Assembly (NCBI GenBank): GCA_965199715.1
Contig: OZ241322.1
Coordinates: 2,240,001 to 2,304,000, forward strand
Reading direction: 5' to 3'
DNA from: Vicinamibacteria bacterium
Lineage (GTDB): Bacteria > Acidobacteriota > Vicinamibacteria > Marinacidobacterales > Marinacidobacteraceae
DNA: 64,000 bases
Under the pieces are notes generated by a model. It saw only the letters and a program-made list of their open reading frames with translations. It was not told the DNA's origin and did no database searches. Numbering within the stretch: position 1 is the stretch's first letter; every line of letters begins with the position of its first letter. Positions 30,833-41,348 of this stretch are shown one piece after another. Made by a program: the position numbers and the translations under genes.

Positions 30833-32224
30833 GTGCCCGCCCGGCTGCGGGCGTTTCTCGGCCTGCTCCGGGAAGCGCTGCGGGGCACCGACCGCGACCT
30901 GACCCGGGGGGCGCTCGGCCCCTCCGTCTTCGTGCTGGCGGTCCCGATGGCGCTGGAGATGGTCGGCGAGTCCATCTTCGCGGTCGTGGACGCCTTCTTC
31001 GTCGCCCGGCTCGGCGCGGCGGCGCTCGCGGCCGCCGGCATCACCGAGACCGCGCTCGGGCTCGTGTACGCGGTCGCGATCGGCTTCTCCTTCGCCGTGA
31101 CCGCGCTCGTGGCGCGCCGCTACGGCGAAGGGGACCGGAAAGAGGCGGCCTGCGCCGGGGTGCAGGCGATCGGCCTCGGGATCGTCGCGTCCCTCGTCAT
31201 CGGGGCGCTCGGCGCGATCTACGCGCCCGAGATCCTCACGTTGATGGGGGCCGACGAGGAGACGGTCGCCGTCGGAACCCCGCACGCCCGGATCATGTAC
31301 GGGGGGATGGCCACGATCCTGCTGCTGTTCCTGAACAACGCCATCCTGCGCGGCGCCGGGGACGCGCCGGCGGCCATGCGGGCGCTGTGGCTGTCGAACG
31401 GGATCAACATCGTGCTGGATCCCTGCCTGATCTTCGGACTGGGCCCGTTCCCCGAGTTCGGCCTCCCCGGGGCCGCGATCGCCACCACGATCGGGCGCGG
31501 GACCGGCGTGCTCTACCAGTTCTGGGTGCTCGCCCGGGGCGCCCGGCTGCGCATCCGGCGCGAGGACATGCACGTCCACTGGAACGTCCTGAAGAACCTC
31601 TGCCGGGTCTCGGTGGGCGGGGTCGCGCAGATGCTGGCCGACATGCTCCCATGGATCGTCCTGATCCGCATCATCGCGAGCTTCGGCACCGTCGCCGTGG
31701 CCGGCTGGGTCATCGCCGTGCGGATCGCGCTCTTCGTGCTGCTGCCGTGCTGGGGGCTGTCGAACGCCGCCTCCACCATCGTGGGCCAGAACCTCGGGGC
31801 GGGGAAGCCGGAGCGGGCCGAACGCGGGGTGCGGATCACCGGCCTGTGGAACATGGCCTTCATGGGGTGCGTGACGGTCGTGTTCGTCGCGTTCGCGCCG
31901 CAGATCGCCGGGTTCTTCACCGACGACCCCGAAGTGCTCGGGATCGCCGCCGCCGCGCTGCGCGTGGTCAGCTACGGCTACGTGCTCTACGCCTGGGGAA
32001 TGGTCACCCGGCAGGCGTTCAACGGCGCCGGGGACACCCGCACCCCGACGTGGATCGACGTCGTGTGCTTCTGGCTGTTCGAAATCCCGCTCGCGTGGCA
32101 GCTCTCGCGCACGGGCCTCGGGGTCGAGGGGGTGTTCTGGGCCGTCGCAATCGCGTACTCGCTCTCGGCGGCGGTCAGCGTGACGATCTTCCGGCGGGGG
32201 CGGTGGAAGCTGGAGAAGGTCTGA
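30833..32224 (+). CDS. MATE family efflux transporter
   Basis: About 12 TM segments; RGAGD, NIVLDP and VGQNLGA motifs. Confidence 0.9.
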   Translation: MPARLRAFLGLLREALRGTDRDLTRGALGPSVFVLAVPMALEMVGESIFAVVDAFFVARLGAAALAAAGITETALGLVYAVAIGFSFAVTALVARRYGEGDRKEAACAGVQAIGLGIVASLVIGALGAIYAPEILTLMGADEETVAVGTPHARIMYGGMATILLLFLNNAILRGAGDAPAAMRALWLSNGINIVLDPCLIFGLGPFPEFGLPGAAIATTIGRGTGVLYQFWVLARGARLRIRREDMHVHWNVLKNLCRVSVGGVAQMLADMLPWIVLIRIIASFGTVAVAGWVIAVRIALFVLLPCWGLSNAASTIVGQNLGAGKPERAERGVRITGLWNMAFMGCVTVVFVAFAPQIAGFFTDDPEVLGIAAAALRVVSYGYVLYAWGMVTRQAFNGAGDTRTPTWIDVVCFWLFEIPLAWQLSRTGLGVEGVFWAVAIAYSLSAAVSVTIFRRGRWKLEKV

Positions 32225-34241
32225 GCCGGCTGAGTCCGATCAGGAACGAGTGGATCTCGGCGATCTCCTCGAGGCCCCGGTAGCGCCCCGAGCGCCCGCC
32301 GTGGCCGGCGTCCATGGATGTCCGCAGCAGGATGAGCCGGCCCGTCGCGGCGTTCTTCTCCCGGAGGCGCTGGACCCACTTGGTCGGCTCCCAGAACTGG
32401 ACCTGCGAGTCGTGGAGGCCGCTCGTCGCCAGCACGTGCGGCAGCGGCGCCTCGGGGACGTTCTCGTAGGGCGCGTAGCCGCGCATCACGTCGAAGAAGC
32501 GCCGTTCGCTTGGGTTCCCCCACTCGTCGTACTCGCCGGTGGTGAGCGGGATGTCGGGATCCAGCATCGAGTTCACCACGTCCACGAACGGCACCATCGC
32601 GACCACCCCGTGGAAGAGGTCGGGGGCCATGTTCAGCGCCGCTCCCACGAGGAGCCCCCCGGCGCTGCCCCCCATGGCGTACACCCGCTCCGGATCGCAC
32701 TTCCCGCCGTCGCGGAGCCGCTCGGCGCACGCGATGAAGTCGTGGAAGGTGTTGGACTTCCTGAGCAAGCGGCCCTCGTCGTACCAGCGCCGCCCGAGCT
32801 CCTGGCCGCCCCGGACGTGGGCGGTCGCGACCGTGAAGCCGCGGTCCACGAGCGAGGGCCGGGTGAGCGAGAAGACGGGGTCCATCGAGATGCCGTAGGC
32901 CCCGTAGCCGTACAGCAGGAGCGGGCGATCCGGCCCCGGCGGAAAGTCGCGGTGGTGGACCAGCGAGATCGGGATGCGCGCGCCGTCCCGGCCGCGGGCC
33001 GTCAGCCGGGCGAGCCGGTAGGAACGGGAGCGGAACGTCGGAACGCGCTCCTTCTGGAGCGCGCGGCGGAGGCCGGTCGCGAGATCCACCGCGAACGTCG
33101 TCGTCGGGGTCTTCGGGTTGCTCACCGTGACCCGGATCTCCCGACTCCCGGAGTCGGGATTCGACTCCTCGTCGAGCGCCCGCACCGCGCCCGGCAGCGC
33201 GACCCGGCGGGACGTTCCGCTCTCCCACTCGACGAGGCGCAGCTCCTGCCGCCCGGCCTCCCGCTCGAAGAGCGCGAGGTGCGAATCGAACAACTGGAAC
33301 CCCTCAAGCTGGACTCCCGGCGCGGCCGGCGCGACCTCCGTCCAATCCTGCGGGCGATCCTCGGGCGCGGCGACCAGCCGGAAGTCGGGAGCGTCCCGAT
33401 TCGTGCGGATGTAGAACCGACCCCGGAAGTGGTCCAGCGCGAACTCGTGTCCGTCCTCCCGGGGAAGGACGAGGCTCGGCTGGGCCTCGGGGTTCGCCGC
33501 CGGGACGGCCCACGTTTCGGCGCGCTCGGTCTGCTGGCAGTGGATGAGGAGAAGTTCCCGCGACCGGCTCTCGAACACCGATATCCAGAAGGCCTCGTCG
33601 GCCTCCTCGTACACGGTCGCGTCGGCTTCGACCGGCGTTCCCAGCCGGTGGCGGCGGATCCGGTGCCAGCGCAGCGTCTCCGTGTGGACCTCGGTATAGA
33701 GGAGCGTCCGCCCGTCGGCCGACCACACGAAGTTGGGGGCCGCCCCCGGAATCCGGTCCGGGAGTTCGTCGCCGGTCTCCGGGTCACGGAAGCGAATCTC
33801 ATAGATGCGTCGCCCGACGGTATCGACGGCGTAGGCGAGCCGGTCGTGGCGCGGAGTCATCTCCACCGCCCCGATCCGGAAGTAGCCGTGCCCGGCGAGG
33901 ACGTTTCCGTCGAGCAGGGTCGTCTCGGGACCGGACGGCCGCCGGCGCATGAAGACCGGGTACTCCTCGCCCCGCCGGTAGCGCCAGCGGTAGAGGAACC
34001 CGCCGTCGGCGACCGGCGGCGAGGACTGGTTCGGGGCGACTCGCGCCTTCATTTCGGCGAGAACCCGGTCGCGTTCGGCGGCGAACGGGGCGAGCGAGCG
34101 TTCGGTCCAGTCGTTCTCGGCCCGGAGCAGCGCGAGGACTTCGGGATCGTCCCGATCGCGGATCCACGCCCACGGATCGGAACGGGGCACGCCGTGTTCG
34201 CGATGGACGTGCTCGCGCCGGGCGGCCTTCGGGGCTTCCAT
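32175..34241 (-). CDS. ptrB: Oligopeptidase B (S9A)
   Basis: YGYGAYG, HVRGG, GGSAGG, VPFVD, DSQV and AGHGG catalytic triad context. Confidence 0.88.
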   Translation of the reverse strand: MEAPKAARREHVHREHGVPRSDPWAWIRDRDDPEVLALLRAENDWTERSLAPFAAERDRVLAEMKARVAPNQSSPPVADGGFLYRWRYRRGEEYPVFMRRRPSGPETTLLDGNVLAGHGYFRIGAVEMTPRHDRLAYAVDTVGRRIYEIRFRDPETGDELPDRIPGAAPNFVWSADGRTLLYTEVHTETLRWHRIRRHRLGTPVEADATVYEEADEAFWISVFESRSRELLLIHCQQTERAETWAVPAANPEAQPSLVLPREDGHEFALDHFRGRFYIRTNRDAPDFRLVAAPEDRPQDWTEVAPAAPGVQLEGFQLFDSHLALFEREAGRQELRLVEWESGTSRRVALPGAVRALDEESNPDSGSREIRVTVSNPKTPTTTFAVDLATGLRRALQKERVPTFRSRSYRLARLTARGRDGARIPISLVHHRDFPPGPDRPLLLYGYGAYGISMDPVFSLTRPSLVDRGFTVATAHVRGGQELGRRWYDEGRLLRKSNTFHDFIACAERLRDGGKCDPERVYAMGGSAGGLLVGAALNMAPDLFHGVVAMVPFVDVVNSMLDPDIPLTTGEYDEWGNPSERRFFDVMRGYAPYENVPEAPLPHVLATSGLHDSQVQFWEPTKWVQRLREKNAATGRLILLRTSMDAGHGGRSGRYRGLEEIAEIHSFLIGLSRLRPSPASTAPAGRSSR

Positions 34242-34280
34242 GACGGCTCGGAGTCTAGAGGCGGGGCCTATAGTGAAGGC

Positions 34281-37200
34281 GTGGCAGCACGGTTCGTGAG
34301 CGCGCCCCGGGCGTCCCGCCGCATCGCCGCTGCGACCGAGTTCCTGCTGGGCCTCCCGCCGCGGGAACCGTTTCTCGTCGTGGCGCACACCCGCGCCGCC
34401 GCCGACGCGCTCGCGATGGACGTTCTGGAGCGTCGGGGGAGCGGCGCCGCGCTCTTCGGGGCGACCCGCTTCGCCTTCCTCTCGCTTGCCCACGAGCTCG
34501 CCGGCCCGGCGCTCGCGCGAGCCGGGCTGCGTCTACTCGCCCCGGCGGCCGCGCAGACGCTGGTCGTCCGGCTCGTCCATCGGTTTCGCGCCGAGGGGCG
34601 GCTCGGGCGTTTCGAGCCGGTCGCGGAAGGACCGGGCCTCGCCCGCCGCCTCGGGAGCACGTTCCGGGAGCTGCGCCTCGCCGGGATCGCGCCGGACCGG
34701 ATCTCCGCCGCGGATCCGGCGCTCGGAGCGCTGTACCGCGCCTATGCGGAGGCGCTTCAGGACGCCGGCCTCGCCGACCGCGCCCGGGTGCTGGAGATCG
34801 CCGCCGAGGCCGTCCGGCAGCGGCTCCCGGTCGTCTTTCTTGACGTGCCGCTGCCGAATCCGGCCAGTCGCCGGTTTGCCGGGGCGCTCGTCCACGCCGC
34901 TCCCGAGGCCCTGATCGTCGCTCCCGACGAAGATTCCGGAGCCGAACGCGCCGCGACGGACATCGGAATCCGCCAGGTCGCCGCCCCCGAAGAGGAGCCC
35001 GCGGCGGCGGACGCCGTCGATGCGGCCCAGCGGCATCTCTTTCGGAGCAGCCGCCCGAATCGCGATGTTTCCCGGGAGGGGCTTTTCGTCGTGGACGCTC
35101 CGGGGGTGCTCGCGGAGGCGATCGAAGTCGCGAGCGCGCTCCTCGCCGAAGCCCGCCGGGGCGTGAGCTTCGACCGCATGGCGGTATTGCTCTCCAGACC
35201 GCGGGAGCAGGCCCCGGCGTTCCGGGAGGCGCTGTCCCGCGCCGGGATTCCCGCGTTCTTCGAGTCGGGAGCTCGCTGGCCCCACCCGGCGGGACGCGCC
35301 TTCCTGATGTTGCTCGACTGCGCGCTCGAACGGCTTCCCGCGAACCGGGTCGCGGACTACCTCGCGATGGGCGAGACGCCGTCCGGTGAGGCGGGCTTCG
35401 CCGCGCCGCGGTACTGGGAGCGGCGCATCCGCAGCTCCGACGTGGTGGGCGGGCTCGACCGCTGGGAGCGCCGGTTCCGGGAACTGCGGGCGCGTCTCAG
35501 CGAGGACGGCGAGGACGACGCCGGGCCGGGCAGCCGGGAGGTCAAGCGGCTTGCCGAGGAAGTGCGCGGTCTCTCGGAGGTGATCCTCCCCATCCTGCGA
35601 TCGCTGGACGCGCTTCCCGAACGCGCCTCCCAGCGGGAGTGGCTGGATCGTCTCCGGGGTCTGGCCCGACTCGGATTGCGCCACCCGGAGGGAGTCCTCG
35701 CCTGTCTCGCCGAGGCGGGAGCCGCCGATGGGGCCGGCGAGCTCACGCTGCCGGAAGTGCGCGATGGACTCGCGCCGCGCCTGCGGGAGGTCGTGGTCCG
35801 CGCCCCCCGCAGCCGGTCCGGGCGGGCGTGGGTCGGTCCGATCGAGGCCGCCCGCGGCCACTCCTTCGCGTTCGTGGCGCTGCCGGGCCTCTCCGAGCGG
35901 GCCTTTCCGCAGATCGTCCGCGAGGACCCGATCCTGCCCGATCGCCGGCGCTCGGCACTGTCCCCGGATCTGCCGTTACGCTCGGACCGCAGCGATGCGG
36001 AACGGCTCCGCCTGCGGCTCGCGGTCGGCGCGTCGAGCGGACGGCTGCTGCTCAGCTTTCCCTCGCTCAACCCGGCGGAAGGAAGACGGCAGGTTCCTTC
36101 GTACTATCTGGCCGAGACCTTCCGGGCCGGCTTCGGGAGAGTGCCGACCCTCGCCGAAATCCGGAAAGCGGCGGCGCGGGAGCAGCGGGTGATCCGGGGA
36201 ATCCGCGCCCCGCGGGAGCCAGCGCTCGCGATCGACCGCCGCGAGTTCGATCTCGCCCGGGTGGCGGAGGCGCTGGGGCAGGGGGCCGGCGAGCCGCGTC
36301 CAGGGACCGCGGCCTACCTGCTCGGTGAGTCCTCGCTGGCCCGTTCGCTGCGGCAGGAGTACATGCGGCAGGCGCGGAAGTGGCAGTCTCCGGACGGGTT
36401 CCTGAATCCCGGCAAGAACGCGCAGACGGCGCTCCAGCGCTATCGGCCGCACGAGCGCTCGTACTCGCCGACCGGGCTCGAGGGGTATTCCTCCTGCCCG
36501 TACTCGTTCTTCCTCCGCAACGTCGCGGGCCTCACGGCGCGCAGGCATCCGGTTCCGGCCATGCCGCTCGACTCGCTGACCCGGGGAAGCCTCCTCCACG
36601 AGGTGTTCGCTCGGCTCGGGGCCAGGCTGCCCGACCTCGGAACCCGGCCCCGGATCGAGTTGCGGACCGTCTTCAGGGAAGTGGAGGCCATCTTCCGGGA
36701 GGTGGAGCGGGAGTACCGGGAGCGGCTCTCGCCCCCGGTGCGCCGGATCTGGGACGACGAGATGGACGGACTGCTTGGCGATCTCCGCGGATTCCTCGAC
36801 CGTCACCTCGAGAGCGGGCGGGTGTTCCTCGCGAACGAGCGGGCGTTCGGCATGACTCCCGGCAAGGCCAACGATCCGTCGAGCACGGCCGAGACTCCGG
36901 TGTTTGAAGGCGTGATCCGGGTCCATGGCTCGATTGACGCGGTGGAGCGACGGAAAGACGGGAGCATTCAGGTCACCGACTACAAGACCGGTCGCGCCGG
37001 CGACGCCGTGGGCGCGGACGCCGTGCTCCTTGGCGGTCAGACGCTCCAGCCGGTGCTCTACGCCCGGGCGTGGGAGGCGCTCGACGGCGAGCCGGTCGCG
37101 TCCTCCCGCCTCTACTACGCGACGCTGCGGGGGGCGTTTCAGGAGACCGCCGTGAACACGGGCGCTCCCGAATCCCGCGAAGTCTTCCGGGAGTTCGTCG

Positions 37201-37391
37201 CCGCGCTCGACGCGGCGATTTCCGAGGGGCAGTTCGCCGCGCTTCCGCGTCGGGACCGGTTCCTCGCCTGCGACTGGTGCGACTTCCGGGCGATCTGCGG
37301 CCCGCGCCCGGCGAGCCACGAGCACGTGAAGCCGAGCGCGGCGGAGTCGGGCCGACTCGCGGCGCTCGCAACCATCCGGGCGCTCCCATGA
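34281..37391 (+). CDS. addB: AddB-like subunit: inactive helicase scaffold + PD-(D/E)xK nuclease with Fe-S cysteines
   Basis: SPTGLEGYSSCPY, GSIDAVE..TDYKTG, LQPVLY and CDWCDFRAIC motifs; coupled to the addA-like gene. Confidence 0.8.
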   Translation: MAARFVSAPRASRRIAAATEFLLGLPPREPFLVVAHTRAAADALAMDVLERRGSGAALFGATRFAFLSLAHELAGPALARAGLRLLAPAAAQTLVVRLVHRFRAEGRLGRFEPVAEGPGLARRLGSTFRELRLAGIAPDRISAADPALGALYRAYAEALQDAGLADRARVLEIAAEAVRQRLPVVFLDVPLPNPASRRFAGALVHAAPEALIVAPDEDSGAERAATDIGIRQVAAPEEEPAAADAVDAAQRHLFRSSRPNRDVSREGLFVVDAPGVLAEAIEVASALLAEARRGVSFDRMAVLLSRPREQAPAFREALSRAGIPAFFESGARWPHPAGRAFLMLLDCALERLPANRVADYLAMGETPSGEAGFAAPRYWERRIRSSDVVGGLDRWERRFRELRARLSEDGEDDAGPGSREVKRLAEEVRGLSEVILPILRSLDALPERASQREWLDRLRGLARLGLRHPEGVLACLAEAGAADGAGELTLPEVRDGLAPRLREVVVRAPRSRSGRAWVGPIEAARGHSFAFVALPGLSERAFPQIVREDPILPDRRRSALSPDLPLRSDRSDAERLRLRLAVGASSGRLLLSFPSLNPAEGRRQVPSYYLAETFRAGFGRVPTLAEIRKAAAREQRVIRGIRAPREPALAIDRREFDLARVAEALGQGAGEPRPGTAAYLLGESSLARSLRQEYMRQARKWQSPDGFLNPGKNAQTALQRYRPHERSYSPTGLEGYSSCPYSFFLRNVAGLTARRHPVPAMPLDSLTRGSLLHEVFARLGARLPDLGTRPRIELRTVFREVEAIFREVEREYRERLSPPVRRIWDDEMDGLLGDLRGFLDRHLESGRVFLANERAFGMTPGKANDPSSTAETPVFEGVIRVHGSIDAVERRKDGSIQVTDYKTGRAGDAVGADAVLLGGQTLQPVLYARAWEALDGEPVASSRLYYATLRGAFQETAVNTGAPESREVFREFVAALDAAISEGQFAALPRRDRFLACDWCDFRAICGPRPASHEHVKPSAAESGRLAALATIRALP

Positions 37392-40300
37392 CTTCCGGCG
37401 CACTCGTGGACGACGCGGCCCGAGCGCGGATCCGCCGGGAACACGACACGACGTTCATCGTCGAGGCGGCGGCGGGCACCGGCAAGACCACGGTCCTCAC
37501 CTATCGCGTCGTGGAAATGGTCGCCGTGGGGGCGGCCCACATGCGCGAGATCGCCGCCATCACGTTCACCGAGAAGGCGGCGGGCGAACTGCGCCTGCGG
37601 GTGCGGCAGGGCATCGAGGACCGCATCGACGGGGCCGCCCCGGACGAACGGCGGCGGCTTGAGAAAGCGCTCCATCACCTTGAGGAAGCGGTCATCGGCA
37701 CGATCCACGCGTTCGCGGGCGGGATTCTCCGGGAGCGCCCGATCGAGGCCGGGGTGGATCCCGACTTCGAGATCCTGTCCCAAGCCGATCAAGCGCTGCT
37801 CTTCGGGCGGGTCTTCGACGAGTTCGCTCGCGAGGCCCTGGAGGTTCCGGGTCCGGGGATCGCCCGCCTGCTCCGTCGCAGCCGCAATCCCCGCCAGAGC
37901 CCCCTCGACGTGCTCCGTGAAGCCGGGCGCAAGCTGCTGGACTACCGGCAGTACGACGCCCCGTGGACTCTTGGCAAGTGGGATGCGGCGGCGGCGACCG
38001 AGGAACTCCTTGGCCCGGACCCGCCCGAGATCGTGCGGCCGGGCGCGGAGGCGCCGACCCGTGGTCCGACGCTCTTCGAGATCGAGCGCCTGTACGGGGC
38101 GTTTCCGCCCGACCCTCCGGGCGGAAAACCGAACTGGCTGCGGTATTCCATGCAGGAGGCGGCGGCGCTCGCCCGGGAGATTCGGGCACGGCGCGCCACC
38201 GGCGACACCGACCCCGAGTGGTTGGAGCAGGCGCTGGCCGCGTTGAAGGTCGCTTCCTACCACGGCGCGTGCCCGGCCGGACTCCCCGGCGCGAAGGACT
38301 GGAGGGAGAGCTTTCGGGTGGCGCTCGAACAGTACAAGAAGCACAGCAACGCGGGCCTCGCGGCGTTGCTTCGGGAGGATCTGCGCGGGCTGGTGGCGCA
38401 GTACCAGCAGGCCAAGCAGAAGGCGGGAAAGCTCGATTTCGACGACCTGCTGCTCCGCACTCAGCGGCTCCTCGTTCAGAACGCCGAAGTGCGCAACGAG
38501 TTGCGGGACCGGTATCGCCACATCCTGCTGGACGAGTATCAGGACACCGATCCGCTCCAGACCGACATCGCCCGGATCCTCACCTCCGAGGATCCGCCGG
38601 ACGGGGACCAGGAGAGCGCGCAGCTCATTCCGGGGCGGCTCTTTCTGGTCGGCGATCCCAAACAGTCCATCTACCGCTTCCGCCGCGCCGACATCGGCCA
38701 CTACCTGCAGGTCAAGGAGACCCTGCTGGAACAGGGCGCGGAGGAGCTGCAGCTCACGACGAACTTCCGCTCGGTGCCGGGAGTCTGCGAGCTCGTGAAC
38801 AACACGATGGAGCCGCTGTTTACGGGGACCCCAGTCGAGCTCGACCGGTACGACGAGATCCCCGAGATCACTCAGGACCTGAAGGGAACGCAGGCTCCGT
38901 GGGCCCCGCTCCACCCCGACCGGAAGCCGATGGGAGACCATCCGGGGATCGCGGGCATTGAGGTGGAGTCGGCGCGTTACGTCCGTCAGCTCAAGGGCGA
39001 GCCGAAAGCGGTTGCCCGCTTCGTCGCGCAACTGCTCGCCGAGGGGTTTCCGGTTTCGGACGGGGACGGGAAGCGCCCGGTGCGGCCGGACGACATATGC
39101 CTCCTGTTCCGCCGGTTTCGGGTGTGGGGCAAGCTGAACGCGCAGCGATGGGCGGATGCGCTTCGGGAGCTGCAGATCCCGCACTCGCTCGCCGCCGTGG
39201 AGAGCTACGTGGCGAGTCCGGAGATTTCCTTCCTCCGCGCCGCGCTTACCGCGGTCGAGTTCCCGGACGACGAGGTGGCCGTGTACGCGACCCTGCGCGG
39301 CCCTCTCTTCGGGATCCCGGACGAGGACTTGTTCTTGTACCGGGAGCGCCGCCGGGGGGAACCGAACCTCCGGCCGGGGTGGGCGGCGCGGGCGGAGCGT
39401 CCCGAGGGGATGCCGGCGATCGAGCGGGAGATTCTGGCCGCGCTGCAGTTTCTGGACCGGCTGCATCGGCAGCGCAACCACCGTCCCATCACGCTCACGA
39501 TTCAGGATCTCCTCGGCGAGCACCGCGCCGAGAGCGGCTTCGCGTTCTGGCGATCCTCGGATCAGGTGTTCGCCAACCTGCGGCGGCTCGCCGAATCGGC
39601 CCGAGCGTTCGAGGCGGGGGGCGGGCTCTCCTTCCGCGAGTTCGTGGAGCGGCTGACCGCCGAGGCGGAAACCCCGGACCCGGCCGCCGCGCACACCATC
39701 GACGACGAAATCGGCGGCGTTCGCATGATGACGGTGCATGCCGCGAAGGGCCTTGAGTTCCCGGTCGTGATCCTCTGCGACGGATCGTTCGCCAGGAACG
39801 CGCGGGGCTCTCGCGTCGTGAGGCCGGAGGAAAACCTCCACGCCTGCGATCTCGGGAGCGGACTGGTTCCGTGGGAGCTCATCCATCATCAGGCGACCGA
39901 GATCGCGGAGGAGCTGGCCGAGTACGACCGGCTCCTCTACGTGGCCATGACCCGCGCCCGGGATCTGCTCGCCGCGCCGGCGTCGCCGTTCGGGTATCCG
40001 AAGGCGAGTTTCCTTTCCCCGGTGGCGGAACGGCTCGGCGCCTTGCTTCTTGACGCGCCGCCCGCTTCCGCGCCGCGCCCCGCGCCTGTGGGCAGAGCCG
40101 ATCTCTGGAATCTGCTCAACACGAAGGACGACGCCGAAGCCGCCGCCGAGGGCCGCGCCCGAGAGGCGGAGTTCGTCAAGGAATCCGAGCGGACGCTGGA
40201 GGACGGTCGCACGCCGCGGCGGCTCATCGCCCGTGCGGGCAGGCTCGGCGACGCCGGACTCGAAGCGGGGCCGGTGGAGATCGAGGCGATCGCCCGGGAG

Positions 40301-40834
40301 CCGGACCGCCCCAAGGGAGAGGCGTTCGGGATCCTCGTCCATCGGATTCTGGAGACGGTCCCGCTGGACGCCGCCCCGGAAGCGGTCATGGAAGCGGCGG
40401 CGCGGGCGGCCGTGGAGCTGGGTGCTGCCGAGGCGCTCGTGGGACCCGCCGGACGCGCCGCCGCCGCCGCGCTTCAGAGCCCGCTGATGCGGGCCGCCCG
40501 CGCCGCCCCGGTCCTCCACCGCGAACTCCCGCTCCTCCATCAGGAGGAATCGGTGCGCCTCCCCGAGAGCGAGACCTCCGAGGCGGACTCCGAGCTTGAG
40601 CGTGCTTCCGAGCCCGAGGAGAGCGAGGGAGACGGGCCGGTCGTCGTGGACGGAGTCGCAGATTTGGTGTTTCAGGAGGAACCGGGCGGGCCGTGGACGG
40701 TCGTGGACTTCAAGACCAGCGATCCCGCTATTACGCAGCAGGGCGACGCCTATCGAGTTCAGGTGACGCTCTACGCCCGGGCCGTGGAACGGGCCACGGG
40801 CGAGCCGGCGCGGGCGGTGCTGCTGTTCGTGTAG
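37388..40834 (+). CDS. addA: AddA-like UvrD helicase-nuclease
   Basis: AAAGTGKT, ITFTEKAA, DEYQDT, VGDPKQSIYRFR, TVHAAKGLE, YVAMTRA; C-terminal GVADLV..VDFKT..QVTLY. Confidence 0.87.
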   Translation: MTSGALVDDAARARIRREHDTTFIVEAAAGTGKTTVLTYRVVEMVAVGAAHMREIAAITFTEKAAGELRLRVRQGIEDRIDGAAPDERRRLEKALHHLEEAVIGTIHAFAGGILRERPIEAGVDPDFEILSQADQALLFGRVFDEFAREALEVPGPGIARLLRRSRNPRQSPLDVLREAGRKLLDYRQYDAPWTLGKWDAAAATEELLGPDPPEIVRPGAEAPTRGPTLFEIERLYGAFPPDPPGGKPNWLRYSMQEAAALAREIRARRATGDTDPEWLEQALAALKVASYHGACPAGLPGAKDWRESFRVALEQYKKHSNAGLAALLREDLRGLVAQYQQAKQKAGKLDFDDLLLRTQRLLVQNAEVRNELRDRYRHILLDEYQDTDPLQTDIARILTSEDPPDGDQESAQLIPGRLFLVGDPKQSIYRFRRADIGHYLQVKETLLEQGAEELQLTTNFRSVPGVCELVNNTMEPLFTGTPVELDRYDEIPEITQDLKGTQAPWAPLHPDRKPMGDHPGIAGIEVESARYVRQLKGEPKAVARFVAQLLAEGFPVSDGDGKRPVRPDDICLLFRRFRVWGKLNAQRWADALRELQIPHSLAAVESYVASPEISFLRAALTAVEFPDDEVAVYATLRGPLFGIPDEDLFLYRERRRGEPNLRPGWAARAERPEGMPAIEREILAALQFLDRLHRQRNHRPITLTIQDLLGEHRAESGFAFWRSSDQVFANLRRLAESARAFEAGGGLSFREFVERLTAEAETPDPAAAHTIDDEIGGVRMMTVHAAKGLEFPVVILCDGSFARNARGSRVVRPEENLHACDLGSGLVPWELIHHQATEIAEELAEYDRLLYVAMTRARDLLAAPASPFGYPKASFLSPVAERLGALLLDAPPASAPRPAPVGRADLWNLLNTKDDAEAAAEGRAREAEFVKESERTLEDGRTPRRLIARAGRLGDAGLEAGPVEIEAIAREPDRPKGEAFGILVHRILETVPLDAAPEAVMEAAARAAVELGAAEALVGPAGRAAAAALQSPLMRAARAAPVLHRELPLLHQEESVRLPESETSEADSELERASEPEESEGDGPVVVDGVADLVFQEEPGGPWTVVDFKTSDPAITQQGDAYRVQVTLYARAVERATGEPARAVLLFV

Positions 40835-40941
40835 CCGCGATACCCTGCCGGCTTGCCCAAAGCAGGATTTGACCGGAAGGCCTCGCGCACCCGTCGCGCT
40901 GGCCTCGGGCTCCTCGCCTGAGCGCCCGGGCATCGCGCCCG

Positions 40942-41348
40942 GCGGACTTTCGGGCGGCGCACGTCCGTCATTGGGAGGACGCTGAGTTGCTCCGCGACCA
41001 CCACCGCTGGGGAACGCGGACCAGTTGTACGGCTTCAGCGCGGAGTGCGGGCTGAAGGCGATAATGCGGTCCATGGGGATGGCCGTGGACGAATCGGGAG
41101 CGCCGACGGCGGGGGCGCACCGCGTCCACATCCAGAAGCTCTGGCCGGTGTTCGTGTAGCTGCTTCAGCTCTCGGGCGACCAGCGGCTCAGGATGGTGCT
41201 CCCCGTGGGTGAGCCGTTCTCCGATTGGTCGCATCATGACCGCTACGCTGCGGGGAGCCACTGCGGACCGGCTTGCGTCGCGGCGCACCGCAACGCCGCC
41301 GATCGCATCCGCACCATGGTGCGCGAGGCAACAGGAAGGAAGGCTTGA
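40942..41348 (+). pseudogene. Decayed HEPN-like small gene
   Basis: ADFRAAHVRHWEDAELL..RW / NADQLYGFSAECGLK...PFSDWSHHDRY...KA*, with a frameshift at the G run ~41009-41012 and an in-frame TAG at 41157-41159. Its final TGA overlaps the ATG of the next gene. Confidence 0.6.

Noticed and set aside
32250-41131. Very long ORF extensions and antisense ORFs (e.g. 1713 aa from 32250, 1330 aa at 37139-41131 minus strand, and many Arg/Gly/Pro-rich ORFs window-wide)
   Set aside because: These are shadow frames expected from stop-codon scarcity at high GC. They overlap well-supported genes and lack motifs.
40824-41160. 12-bp direct repeat TGTTCGTGTAGC at the addA stop (40824-40835) and at 41149-41160, as a possible att site
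   Set aside because: The HEPN-like reading frame continues across the second copy, no integrase is present, no copy was seen at the island's right end, and a 12-mer match can arise by chance.
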